Positions 51,906 through 64,000 of a DNA stretch of 64,000 bases are shown in pieces. Each line of letters starts with the position of its first letter. Within the stretch, counting starts at the first letter, position 1. The stretch spans positions 80,788,001 to 80,852,000 of the forward strand of contig NC_087436.1 of NCBI RefSeq assembly GCF_036321535.1, in the 5' to 3' direction. The notes below the pieces were generated by a model, which was not told where the DNA came from, did no database searches, and was given only the letters and a program-made list of their open reading frames with translations. A program made the position numbers and the translations under genes. The DNA is from Camelus dromedarius. Taxonomy: Eukaryota.

Positions 51906-52620
51906 GTCATCTGGCCTTTCATTGTTAGTACATAGATGAAGGTATAGTATAATCCAGTTCTACACTGTGTGAAGTATATAACTGAGTGAACTGTGTTGGT
52001 GCTATCTTGAAGGTGGCATCAGTGCATAATGTGGTAATAGCACTTAAGTATTGAATATTGTCATAAGTTGTGTAAATAAGGATTCTTCATCATCTTGAGC
52101 AGTGGAACTGTTCATGAGAAATGGTTCTGCACATCTGGTCACTTTAGACTCCTCTGAAATTTCAATTCCATGTGATGAAGTTGGGTTTAGGGGTCCATGT
52201 CTGGTTTGAATTCTATTTAATTGACTCTTTAATGAGTTTCTTTCTGGTAGCATTAACAAGACTTCCTCATCATGGTATCACAGAGAGTTCTGTGAAGTAC
52301 CTATGATGGCCTTGCATTTGATTCTTTTTCTGTGTGTTGTTTTATCTGATTCAGGGTTTTCTAACTTCCCCTTCAACCCCAACATTGTACTGATGTTTTC
52401 CTGTCCCATTTTGAATGATTATAATGTTATCCAAATCCTGACTAACTGTGTGTTGAGCATTTGCAGATTCTCCTCTATTCACAGCACGGGTCCTTTTTAC
52501 TTATATCTCTGTTAAAGAAAGGGAAATGGTAACAAAAACCATTGTAATGTAGCACTGCTTTTCTTTTTGTGAGTGCACTATTTCTGCCATATTCTATTGA
52601 GAATTTTCAAATAAAGGTGT
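50802..52620 (-). mobile_element. Mutator-like (MULE/MuDR) DNA transposon fossil with decayed FLYWCH-DDE transposase
   Basis: Minus strand, hand-translated across frameshifts and stops: MAEIVHSQK/AVLHYNGFCYH (ATG at 52590), DATFKIAPTQFTQLYTSH (D at 52020), MMDFEIANTNAI (D at 51710), VKGCLFHFSQ, LFGLPFVP, PKFPPET, NNAGEGW (E at 51301), HYPSIWRFTEVLKDEQ; subterminal repeats 50821-50917. Confidence 0.9.
51775..51904 (+). repeat. Compound microsatellite (TA)/(TG)/(TCTG)/(TCTA) inside the MULE transposase
   Basis: Read directly. Confidence 0.95.
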
Positions 52621-52729
52621 CATATTGCTAAGTAACTGAAGATTTTTTTTTTTTGAAGCTGTCTAACCAATGGTTGCTGGCTTACTGGTAGAGGAAAACT
52701 TCCTAATGTCTTATGAATTTGATACCTGG

Positions 52730-55700
52730 TTCAAGATCCAACCATGTTGTTGCAAATGGCAGAATTTCATTTATTTTTAGGTTGAGTAGTAGTCACACAC
52801 ACACACACACACAACACATTCTTTATCCGTTCATCCATTGATGATGTTTTCTATCTTGCCTATTGTAAATGATGCTAAGGTGAACATAGAAGTGCACATA
52901 CCTTTTTGAATTAGTGATTTTGTGTTTTTCAGTTAAATAACCAGAAGTGAAATAGCTGGGTCCTACGGTAGTTCTAGTCCTAATTTTTTTGAGAAATCTC
53001 CATACTATTTTCCATTGTGATTAGCCCAATTTAGAGTCTCACCAACCGTGTACAAAGATTCCCTTTTCTTCATCTTCTCTCCAGCACTTGTTATTTTTTG
53101 TCTTTTTGACAATAGCCATTCTGATAGGTATGAGGTAGTATTTTGTAACTTTGATTTACGTTTCCCTAATAATTAGTGATGTTAAACTTTTCATTTGCTT
53201 CTTGGGAATTATCTGTATATCTTCTTTGGGAAAATATCTGTTCAGATCCTCTGCCCATTTTTTAAATCAAGTTGTCTGGGTTTTTTGTTGTTGTTGTTGA
53301 GTTGATGAGTTCTTTATATATTTTGGATTATATATATGTATATAATTTGCAAGTATCTTCTCCCTTTCAGTAGGTTGCTTTTTTCATTTTCGTGATGATT
53401 TTATTTTCAACGTGCAGGAGCATTTTAGTTTGTTTCAGTCCAATTTGATTAATTTTCCTTTTGTTTACTTTAGTTTTAGAGTCAGATCCACAAAAACATA
53501 ACTAAGACCAAAGTCAATAGTTACTGCCTGTGTTTTTTCTAAGAATTGTATGAGTTCAGGGTTTACGCTCAAGTCTTTAATTCATTTTGAGTTAATTTTT
53601 CTGTATGAATAAGATAGTCTAGGTTCATTCTTTTGCGTGTGGCTGTCCAGTTTTCCCAATACCATTTATTGAAGAGAATGTCCTTTGTCCATTGTGTGTT
53701 CTTTGCTCCTCTGAGGTAATTTAACTGACTATATATCTGTGGATTTATTTTTGGATCTCAATTCTGTTCCATTGATCTGTGTCTTTTTGTGCCAGTACCA
53801 AACTATTTTGATTACTATAGTTTTGTGGTATAGTTTGAAATCAGAGAATGTGACACCTCTAGCCTAGCTGTTCTTTTTCAAGATTGCTTTGGCTATTTGA
53901 GGTCTTTTGTGGTTCTATATAAATTTTAGAATTATTTATTCTAGTTCTGTAAGATATACCATTGGAATTTTGATAGGGATTGCATTGAATCTGTGTATTA
54001 CTTTGGGTAGCATGGACATTTTGACAGTATTAATTCTTCCTGTCCATGAATTTGGAATATCTTTCCATTAGTTTGTGTCATCTTTGGTTTCTTTCATTAG
54101 TGTCTTATTGTGTTCTGAGTATAAGTCTTTTACCTCCTTGGTTAGATTTATTCCTAGGTATTTCATTTTCTTTCATTTTTTGATGCAATTGTAAATGGGA
54201 CTGTAAATCACTCTTTCTAATAGTTTATTATTAGTGCATGGAAAGGCCACAGATTCCTGTATATTGACTTTGTATCCTGTGACTTTACTGAATTATTGTA
54301 ATTTTAAGTAATTTTACTACTTTTGTCTTTAAACCTTCATGCTTGCTTTTTAAGTGAATGATCTTTATATATACTTTAATATATCTTTATTATATACTTG
54401 CCTAACCAAGTGGGATTTTTGCTTTTGTATGTTTTCTTATTATTAATGCTGTTTCCTTTCAGCTTAAAGAAATCCCTTTAAAATTTCTTGTAGGGCTGGT
54501 TTAGTGGTAATGAACTCCTTCAGCTTTGGCTTATCTGGAAAACCCTTGCTCTCTTCTTCAATCTGGATGACAATCTTACTGGTTAGAAAATTCTTCATTG
54601 GAAGCTTTTTTCTTTCAGCACTTTGAATATGTCATGCCACTGTCTTCTGGTTTGCAAAATTTCTGCTGAAAAATATGCTGTTAGCCTAATAGGGTTTCCC
54701 TTGTGCATAACAAGTTGTTTTTGTCATGACGCTTTTAGGATTCTCTCTTTGTTCTTAATTTTTTCTTTTACCATTTTAATTATAATATGTCTTGACATGT
54801 GTTCCTTTGGATTTATCTTATTTGAAGCTTTCTGGGTTTCCTGGACCTGGATGTTTGTTTCCTTCCTCAGCCTAGGGAGGCTTTTAGCCCCTGTTTCTTC
54901 AGGTAATTTTTCTGGCCCTTTCTCTCTCTCTTCTCTCTGTGACCCCTATGATATGAATGTCATTCTGCTTGATGTTGTCCCAAAGGTCTCTTAAGTTATC
55001 TTCATTTTTTAAAAATTCTTTTTCCTTTTGCTGGTCTGGGTGAGTATCATTGTTTTGTCTTCTAACTCACTGACTTGTTCTTCTACTTCATCCATCCCTC
55101 TAGTGTATTTTTCAGTTAAGTTATAATTTCTGTTTGGTACTTTCTTATATTTTCTATCTCTTTGTTGAAGTTCTGTGTTTATCCATTCTTCTTGCATGTT
55201 CAGTGAACATCTTTGTGACCATTATTTGGAACTCTTTATCAGGTAAACCATTCTGTTTAGTTCTTTTCTTGAGGTATTGTTTTGTTCTTTTGACTGGAAC
55301 ATACTCCTCTATCTCCTCACTTTACCTGTTTCTCTCTGTTTATTTCTATGTATTAGGAGTATCAGCTATCTCTACCAGTCTTGAAGGAGTGGCTCTATTT
55401 AGAAGATGTCCTGTGGGGCTTAGAAGCACAGTCTTGCCTGTTCAGCCTAGCCAGATGCTCAGGGGTGTCCCTATGTGGGTTGTGTCCTCCCTCTTGTTGT
55501 GGTGGGATTGAGTCTGCAGTGGGGCACTGGTAGGCAGTTCTGGCCCTTAGACTGGCTGTGGGGCTTGGCGACTGTTACTATGGGGTATTGGTGGTGATGG
55601 CTATTGCTTGGTGAGCTGTGAGACTGATCTAGGTGCAGGAGTGGGTGGTTCTTTCATGGTGGCATGCTCACTGCCACTAGCTGTTAATGTGGAGAATTTA

Positions 55701-56345
55701 AAAATTGTGCCTGCCACTGTTGGTATTAAAGAGGTTGCCTGAGATCGCATAAATGGCTTCTGCCAGCAACTTAGTGTCCGAGGAGCATCCCAACTTGTTC
55801 CTGCCTCCCCAGCAGACTCTTCAAGATTGGTAAGTGGGTCCCCTTAACCTATTGTCCATATACTTTTCAATCTTGTGTTTTTGTAGTGTTTTTTTTGCGT
55901 CAAGCAAGGCTTTGTTGGGGTCATTTAAGAGCAGATTTTTTTTTTTGTTTCCCACAGTTCTATAGTTTTCTTAGATACATTCCTGTTGGTTCTCAAAGCC
56001 AGGTGTTTTGGGGGCTCATCTCTCCTGTGAAGGATCTAGGGTTTGAGGTGCTTGATGTGGAGCTTGAATTTTTCTCTCCTCAAGGAAAACATTTGTACCT
56101 TTGTGCTCCTGATTGTCAATTACTGCAACCTGGGTGTGAGTTTTTCCTTGGTGAGCCTGTATCTCTGCCTCTCCTATCCACCTCCATGCTTTTTTTTTGC
56201 ATTTTGTTGTAGAGTCTCTGTTGATACAATTTTCAAGTATCTTTCCAAGGGAGTTATTCCATAAGCGCTTGTAGATTTGTTGTATCTCTGTGTGTGGGTG
56301 GGGGTGTGGTGAGTTCACAATCTTTTTATGCCCTATCTTGAACAG
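52730..56345 (-). mobile_element. LINE-1 with 5' UTR + ORF1 (54300-56345) joined to ORF2 C-terminal part (52730-54300); internally deleted and 3'-truncated
   Basis: ORF1-like peptide MDEVEEQVSELEDK (55009-55197); antisense ORF1 end 'ggtttagtggtaatgaactccttcagcttt'; antisense ORF2 text homologous to the other L1s; no poly-T at 52730. Confidence 0.85.
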
Positions 56346-56667
56346 ATTCATAATTTCCTCAAACTTATAGACAAGATTTAACTCAAATGCTGATTTTCAC
56401 TCTATGTCTTATCTTTCCATGGAAATTATTTTTTGTTTATAATATATTCTTTAATGCAGGCCAGTGTGAACAGAAATTATTTTTATAATGTTTCAAACAA
56501 CAAATATGAAATCATATTGGGGGGATAAACTTAAAGCAATACTGGATTTTATTATAAATTTTCTCCTGCATGGTGGCAAATAGTGAATACTCTTATACTG
56601 AAGAAAAATATACAAATTTGACACAGCAAAACATGTTCAGAATATGCATTATAAGAAGATGACTGCA

Positions 56668-56711
56668 TTACCTCCCTCTGCCAAATAAACAAATAAAAAG
56701 AAGCTATCACT
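56668..56711 (+). mobile_element. 44-bp 5'-truncated SINE tail with perfect 16-bp TSD
   Basis: TSD taagaagatgactgca (56652-56667, 56712-56727); insert ttacctccctc...aaataaacaaataaaaag matches the 3' tail of the SINE at 16142 (ATTACCTCCCTC + A-rich). Confidence 0.72.
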
Positions 56712-56862
56712 TAAGAAGATGACTGCAAGATATGATCATCGATCTGGCTGTCTAAAAGGAAATTATCATTTTAAAGGGTATGATTATTAGACAAAGAGAA
56801 TCTCCTGTATTTATTGATAACTGGGATACTGCACATCAGCATAGATTTTTTAGAGCAAAAAA

Positions 56863-57454
56863 TTTTTAACATTTTTATTGATTTATAATCATTTTATAAC
56901 GTTGTGTCAAATTCTAGTGTTCAGCACAATTTTTCAGTCATACATGGACATATACACACTCATTATCATATTTTTTCCTCTGTGATTCCCTGTGCTATAC
57001 AGTATAATCTTGCCTATCTATTCTACAATTTTGAAATCCCAGTCTATCCCTTCCCACCCTCCACCCCCCTGGAAACCACAAGTCTGTATTCTATGTCTAT
57101 GAGTCTATTTTTGTCCTGTATTTAAGCTTTTTTGTTGTTGTTGCTGTTTGTTTGTTTGTTTTTGTTTTTGTCTTTTAGATTCCACTTATGAGCAATCTCA
57201 TATGGTATTTTTCTTTCTCCTTCTGGCTTACTTCACTTAGAATGACATTCTCCAGGAGCATCCATGTTGCTGCAAATGGTGTTATGTTGTCAATTTTTAT
57301 GGCTGAGTAGTATTCCATTGTATAAATATCAGGATGACACCTGCACCCCAATGTTCACAGCAGCACTATTTACAATAGCCAAAACATGGAAACAGCCTAA
57401 ATGTCCATCAACAGGTGACTGGATAAAGAAGATGTGGTATATTTATACAATGGA
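56863..57454 (-). mobile_element. Young LINE-1 3' fragment with inverted 5' segment (57330-57454)
   Basis: Antisense 3' UTR to 57329, then sense ORF2 end (DTCTPMFTAALFTIAKTWKQPKCPSTGDWIKKMWYIYTME); 16-nt inverted overlap. Confidence 0.92.
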
Positions 57455-58289
57455 GCAAATTTTGTTAATGTCAATGATGATTTCTTAGAGACGTGGGGAA
57501 ATTTCAGATTTTACCCTGATATGATTCTTCATCTAATAAACCCAGTATCTATGCCTATGGGATGTTAAAACACCTGGATTGATTTGGTCACTTATGACGG
57601 TTGGTGCTTTGAGTTGTTTAAAATGCATCCAGTACTGAATATATAAAGCCCAATTGAATGAATGTAAAAAACAGTACGTATAAAACTGGACCTCTGCTTT
57701 AGTATGAGAGCTTCTCGTATTGAGGGAAGCTTTATTCTTTTAAATTAAGTAATGCCAATTAAAGTAATTTTGGAATCTTTTTAGAGAACATTCTTGTGCT
57801 TTTTACCACTTGTCCAATTCTCTTCTTCCGTGGTTTACATTTCAATGGGCTCTTCATTTTTTAGTAGTAATCCGGCAGCTGCTATGTTCTTGTTAATGAG
57901 TTTATTTGGATGCATACTCTTTCTTTAGTTAATATACTCCAAGCTTTCTCTTCATGAAGTAAATCTTCTAATTTTACTTGCCTATATTGGTTGTTGGTGG
58001 TTGCTGATACAGCTTCTTGAAATATGGTACCTGACAATTTTGAATTAATAAAGATTGAATTGCCTTACGTGACATTCTCAGTCATATTATAGCAGCTCAT
58101 ATTTACAGTTTCAAGATGGTAAGGGAATAGGCTTTCAGACCCCAAAGAAATTGTGCTTCACTTTCAGGCTTTCTTATTAATATCAACAAGGAAGATTTTC
58201 AAATAGTTCATTAGCATTTCATCCAGAAGCCTGCTCTCTATTTAGATGGGGTCCTAGAGGTGTCTGCCTAGATGGCTTTTTCCTTGCTT

Positions 58290-58585
58290 GGATCTGGACT
58301 TAGCTAACTTCTACTCATCCTTTAGTGTGCAATTCAGGCACTGTCTGGTCCCTAAAGACTTCCCCAAGCCTATACTCAGAGTCAGGTGCCCCTCCTGCAC
58401 TACCGTCTACTGTCTGCTTCATCAAAGCATTTGTTACCTGCTGCCACAACGACCAGTTTACATGTCTGACAACTTTAGCCACTGGTAAGTGGATTCTTGG
58501 GTGACAATAGTATGCCTTTCTAATCTAGGGTCTCTGGAGCTTGGTACCTGGTAGGCATTTAATACAAGTTTGTTGAATAAAGAAT
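58290..58585 (+). mobile_element. L2 3' end
   Basis: 'ctaacttctactcatccttta...cttggtacctggtaggcatttaatacaagtttgttgaataaagaat'. Confidence 0.7.
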
Positions 58586-59249
58586 GGTGTGATTATAATT
58601 GTTTAAGACTGTTTAGTATCTATGCCTTTTTTATGTAGAGCATTTATTTATAAAGTATGTTTTTGATTATTGGGTGTTTCAGTGGAGTTGGTTGGAGAAA
58701 ATCTCTATAAGAGTTTTTCTGGTTGACAGTTGGTCACATTGGCTCTTTTTTCACCAAGATACTGAAAATCTCTGGGATCAGGGTGCCACTTCTCAGCTTA
58801 ATGCTATAAAATTACTCCTGGAGTGTCTTAGTGTGCTCAAATGATTATGAATGATTTCCTGGATCTTAGAATTTTGTGATATTGAAGTGATCATTTATAA
58901 CCTAAGAACTCTTTTAAACATATAAAATCACATTATGTAGCTAATATGTAACTCCTCCTCCTCAGGAAATTTTTCATATGTTTATAAGGTTAATGTTCTC
59001 AAATTATGCATTTCCAAATATATGATATGTAAGACCCAAGTGACTGAATGCAAAAACTGTATATATAAATAGGTATGTGTGTGATCTAGTAATGATCCAT
59101 TAAACCAAACTCATTTGGTAAGATTCAACCATTAGAAGAAAGGCAAGTTTTAACTCTTTTATTAAAAACTACTGGCTGAGCTGGGTCTGCTGCTTATAAC
59201 ACTGAAGTGTAAGGTAAGAACATTAGTTGAATTCCTACCATACTAATAT

Positions 59250-59400
59250 CTTATGTAGAACATCTAATTTGAACCTTACAACAAGCCTATGATGCATAGA
59301 TTACTGTCCTCATTTTATAGTTGAGGAAAGTAGTATAGAGATTATGTTTTTTGTTCAAAGTTGCAGAGTTAGCAAATGATAAAATCCAATTTTGATCATA
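59250..59400 (-). mobile_element. MIR fragment
   Basis: 'ccttacaacaagcctatga...cctcattttatagttgaggaaa'. Confidence 0.65.
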
Positions 59401-60744
59401 GGTACTGTAAGGAGAGTATACCCTTATTATGTATAACCTGGGTTTGTGCAGGCTTGTAAAGAATAATTTAACATATTTCTTTCATGTTTTAAAAAATTTT
59501 TCTTTATGGTTTTTTAAATAAAATGACTAACTTGAGGGGAAAATTATCTTTCAACAAAATATCTGAGGATGGATAATAGTCTACATTTTATTTCTCTATG
59601 GAAAGCAGTTAATATTAATGCTATATATAATGAATATTTTCCAGAGATGCTAAGTGAGTGTGAATTAGCTACAACTACATAAGAGGATAAAGATAGCCCT
59701 CCAGTTATTGGTAAAAACAATCTGCTGGAGTAACCCTTGTTTTCACAGCTATTATAGCCAGGGGGAGGGGTCACGCTTAGCATTAATAATTTATATCTCA
59801 CCCTCATTTGCAATTACAAGGTTACCATCCCCCATCCCCCAATTATCTCTGCAAGTGGTACACCAACTTAATATGTCAAATAGGATTTGTAAAAACAGTA
59901 GTAAATTGAAAAAAAAATTTAAATAAGAACTATTTTGACCTGAAGAGGGGAGCCCTAGTACTAAACACATTCCTCAGGATTCACTCAAGGCCAGTAATCC
60001 CAGTGGCAGAGCTGTATTTCCTTTAAAATTTTTTATTATTTATTTTTCATCCTGAAAATGTAAATTGTTCACATGACAACTTTCAAGCATGTAAAAAGTC
60101 ACTCCTAAAGTAAACCTTTCTTCTACTTTCCTGTTTCTATTCCCCAGAGGCAGCATCATTTTGATTTCGAGTCTCTTCCCAGATTCTGTATTTATTTTAA
60201 ATAAGGGAATTTCTGGAATGCTCTGTAAGGTGTATTTCCCCATGGAACATACTAAATGCACTTTCCTGTTCTATCCTGCACCTCTGGAGTACACGCGGAA
60301 TGAAAAATTAAAGTTGCTCAGCAATTCTGTCATCACATGCTTAATATGATACGTAAATTGTTGGCATCTCTGCCCTTTGTGGCCTCAGCTGCCTGAGAAC
60401 TCCCGTAATAGCAGCAAAATGAATGACAGGCCAGATCCACTAGCATGTGTTTAATTAATTTTCAGTGAGCTAACATGAGAAAAAGAATAAATCTTTGTAC
60501 TTAATAGAGGCTAAATTTGTGGGTTTCAGCATTATATTACCTTTCTGGCAGCTGAGTGATTCAAAAAGAAAATTTTGTACATTTGTGTCTCTTTACATAG
60601 CTGTCATGTATGTGGAATGATTGAGGGCCTCTATCTCATGAATGGAGAAACATTCTTGCGTTTAGTTTCCCTGGAAAGTAGAGGTTTGTCTCTGCTGTGC
60701 CTTTCTAAGTCATCTTGGGGGTACTATAAATTCTTATCATCTTA

Positions 60745-63240
60745 AACAGCTTAATTGAGGTGTAATCAGCATGCAGTAAACTCCCTGTATTTAAAGTGCA
60801 CAATTTGATAAGTTTTGACATAAACAGTGAAACCATCACCACAATCAAGATAATGAACATATCTGTCACCTCCAAGAGTTTTCTAATTCTCCTTTGTAAT
60901 CCCTCCTTCCTGGCTTTCCCAGCCTGCATCCAGTCACTGGTCTGTTTTCTGGCACTGTACATGAGCTGCCATTATAAAGAATTATGCATAAATGGGATCA
61001 TACAATGTGTATTCTTTTTCACCTGACATCTTGCACTCAACGTAATTATTCCGAGATCCATCCAAGTTGTTGCATGGATCAGTGGTTCACATCTTTTCCT
61101 TGCTGTGCAGTGGTCTGTTGTATAGATGCACTACAGTTTGTTTATCCATTCACTTGTTTAGGGCCATTTGGGTTGGTTCTAGTTTTTAGCTCCTACAAAT
61201 AAAGCTGCTGTGAACATTCATGTTCAAGTATGGCTGTTCTTTCATTTCTCTTGGGTGAATACCATGGAGTAGGATGGATGATCACAAGACAGGTGTGTAT
61301 GTAATTTTTTTATGAGACTGCCAAATTGTTTTTCAAAATGACTGTACCATACATTCCCACCAACAGTGCGTAAGAGTTCTGGTTGCACCACATCTTGCTA
61401 ATCTTCGGTATGATCACTGTTTTATTTTTAATACTTTTTGTAGACATATACTGGTAATATCTCATTGTGCTTTTAAATTTGCATTCCTCTAATGACATAT
61501 GATGTTGAACATTCTTTCTCGTACTTGTTTGCCATTTTTACTTTTTATTTGGTGAAGTGTGTGTTCAGACTATCACTTTAATTAATTCAGGGTTTTTTAT
61601 GATTAGGTTTTGAGAGGTCTTTAGATAATTCTAGATACAAGTCTCTAGATTTGTGATTAGCAAATACTTTGGGCAAATATTTTCTCATTCTTGGGTTGTG
61701 TTTTCATTTTCTTTAGAATGTCTTTTGAAGAGCAGACATTCTTAATTTTGATGAAGTCCAATTTGTCAGTTTAGAAAAGGTATGGATTGTGCTGCTCCTG
61801 TGGTATCTTAGAACCCTGCCTGATTCAAGGTCACAAATACTATCTCCTATGTTTTCTTCTAGAAGTTTTATAATTTTAGGGTTTACATTTGATTCTATAA
61901 TATCTTTTGTGCTAATTTTTATACATAGGGTGAAGTAATGAGCAAGGTTTATTGTTTTGCACCAATAATACCCTGTCTTGATTACTGTGGCTTTATAACA
62001 ATTATGGAAATCCTCAAATCTAAGTCCTCCAGCTTGGTTTTCTCTTTTTTCAAAATCGTTTTAGCTAATTTAGGTCCTTTTCATTTGCACATGAGCATTA
62101 GAATCAGTTTATCAATTTCTATATAAAGACATGCTATGATTTTGATTGGGATTACATTGAAACTATAAATCAGTTTGGAGAGAACTGACGTCTTATCAAT
62201 ATTGAATCTTTCATTCCATGAACATAGTAAATTCCCCCATTTGTCTAAGTCTTCTTTCATTTCTCTCAGCAATTTTTTCTAGTTGTCAGTGTACAAATCT
62301 TTTACATCTTTTGACAGATGAACCCTAAGCATTCCTTGTTTTTAATGTTATTGTAAATGGCATTAAAATTTTTACTGTCTGATTGCCCTTGGCTAGTATG
62401 TAGAAATAGAACTGATGTTTGTATATTTCTTGTATTCTTCAGCCATACTAGTAGCTTTCTTTTAGATTTCATAGAATTTTCTACATAGTCATTATATCAT
62501 CTGCGAATAACAGTAGTTAACTTTTCTTTTAAAAATCTGTACGCCTTTTATTTATTTCCTTGCCTTCCTACACAGCCTAGAACTTCTAATACAAACTTCA
62601 GTTGAAGTGCTGAGAGGGGTCATGCTTGTCTTTTCCTGAACTGAGGGAAGAACATTCATTTTATTTCACCTTCAGCTTTAAAGATACTTGATTCTAGTTT
62701 GACAATACTTTAAATGTGTCATCCCACTGTCTTCTAACTGCATTGTATCTAACTGGTAGTCATTTTTATCTATGTGTTTATGTACATATTGTGTCCTTTT
62801 TCTCTGATTGCCTTTAAGATTTTTGTCTTTATCACTATTTTAACAATTTGATTTTAATGTGCCTCTCTCATAGTTTTCATTGTTTCTTGTGTTTGAGGTT
62901 AATAGAGTTCCTTGGATTTAGAGGCTTATTAATTTCATCAGATGTGGATATTTTGAATGATTAGTTTTTCAAATATTTTCTCCGTCTTCATCCTTCTTCA
63001 AAGACTCTAGTTACAGTTATATGCGTATACTTCATACACTGTCTTAGAGCTCATGGATGCTCTGTGAATTTGTTTTTTCTTTTTTTCTCACTGATTCATT
63101 TTTAATGGTTTTCTATTGCTGTGTCTTCAAGTTCACTAGCCTTTTATTTTGTAATGTCTGATTCATTGTTTATCCTATGCTAGTGTATTTTTGACCTTAA
63201 ATACAGTGTTTTTATCACTAGGGATTTGATTTGTATCCTT
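60745..63240 (-). mobile_element. Old L1 (L1MB/MC-type): 3' end and ORF2 part to about 62670, then ORF1-region fragment
   Basis: 3' end 'cagcttaattgaggtgtaat...tttaaagtgcacaatttgataagttttgaca'; ORF2-like peptide LREMKEDLDKWGNLLCSWNERFNIDKTSVLSKLIYSFNVIPIKI. Confidence 0.88.
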
Positions 63241-63259
63241 TTTTATATCTCTCATGCCA

Positions 63260-63392
63260 CTACATTTTACAGATGATAAAACTAAGGCACAAAGAAGAAA
63301 AGAAATTTGCGCAGGTTCTCAGAACTATTAAGAAGTGGATGCCAGGATACAAAGCCAGGCAACTTAATCCCAGAGACTTCACTTTTAAATCA
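63260..63392 (-). mobile_element. MIR fragment
   Basis: 'cattttacagatgataaaactaaggcacaaaga...ggatacaaagccaggca'. Confidence 0.75.
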
Positions 63393-64000
63393 GTACTCGA
63401 ATTCTCATTTTAAATGGTGTAACACTATCGCATACTAGTCTTTTCTGAAGTATTTAGAACAATGCGTGTCAGATAAAAGGATATAAAAAGTGTTCATGGT
63501 TGTCATTGTTGTAAACTGTTGACAAGCTGCAAAACTTCCTCAAGGTAGAAGACTCAACTCAGATTACATTTCTTAAAAATTTCCTTGATCTTTCATCCCC
63601 AGCACAAACATTCCATCTGCTTGGTTCTTTATATAACAGAATTTTCTAACTGTATGTGTCCTGGAATAATGAGTGGAGGGTAGATCGGGTGGTGGGCCAA
63701 GTAGAGTTTTAGGGCACAGACATGCTGCTTGATGGTCAGTGGGTGAGGTGCTGCTGACATCCATCAGAGAAGCTCACCAGATACCAGCAGGAAGGACACA
63801 TATCGTGACTTCTCAGCACAGGGGTTGTACCATGGACAGGGACTGGGCAGTCTTCAAGGGCTGTCTTGGCTCCATAAGGCTTCTAGAGTTGCTGCATATG
63901 GTGACACGACCCCAGAGGGTGCCAATCTGATCAGTATCTATGTGAGTTGTAATCCCCTAGAACTGTGGCTTTCACAACCATCAGAAGGGCATGCAGCTGC

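Noticed and set aside
59405..59897. Possible TG...CA-bounded solo LTR
   Set aside because: Flanks match only 3/4 (gtac/gtag) and I could not assign a family.
1..64000. CRISPR array, prokaryotic operon or defence-type system
   Set aside because: The DNA is mammalian and repeat-rich. There are no regularly spaced repeat-spacer units and no long ORFs; direct repeats occur only as pairs or triples, mostly explained by TSDs or local duplication.
63670..64000. GC-richer stretch, possibly an ERV-internal or LTR fragment
   Set aside because: Cut by the window edge; hand translation gave no convincing retroviral motif.

Overview
AT-rich, CpG-poor mammalian genomic DNA that is intergenic or deep-intronic and dominated by interspersed repeats. 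Two full copies and one fragment of a tRNA-Ala-like SINE resembling camelid Vic-1 suggest a camelid genome (inference). I cannot recognise any intact protein-coding gene. The longer ORFs in the track are decayed transposon fragments or chance ORFs. Contents: LINE-1 copies of several ages (two with twin-priming 5' inversions, several with readable target-site duplications), HAL1, L2, MIR, MaLR/ERVL solo LTRs, a 2.1-kb Tigger1 and microsatellites. The most unusual items are: (1) a decayed but near full-length Mutator-like (MULE) transposase at about 50.8-52.6 kb with FLYWCH-like start and all three catalytic motifs, which does not match my recollection of Ricksha; (2) a tailless 5'-half tRNA-Lys(CTT) retrocopy; (3) one L1 target site apparently used twice; (4) an old ~270-bp local duplication; (5) a few good splice-signal exon candidates on the minus strand. 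I found no well-supported novel biological system. Repeat subfamily names come from memory of consensus sequences, and boundaries are approximate unless a TSD fixes them.
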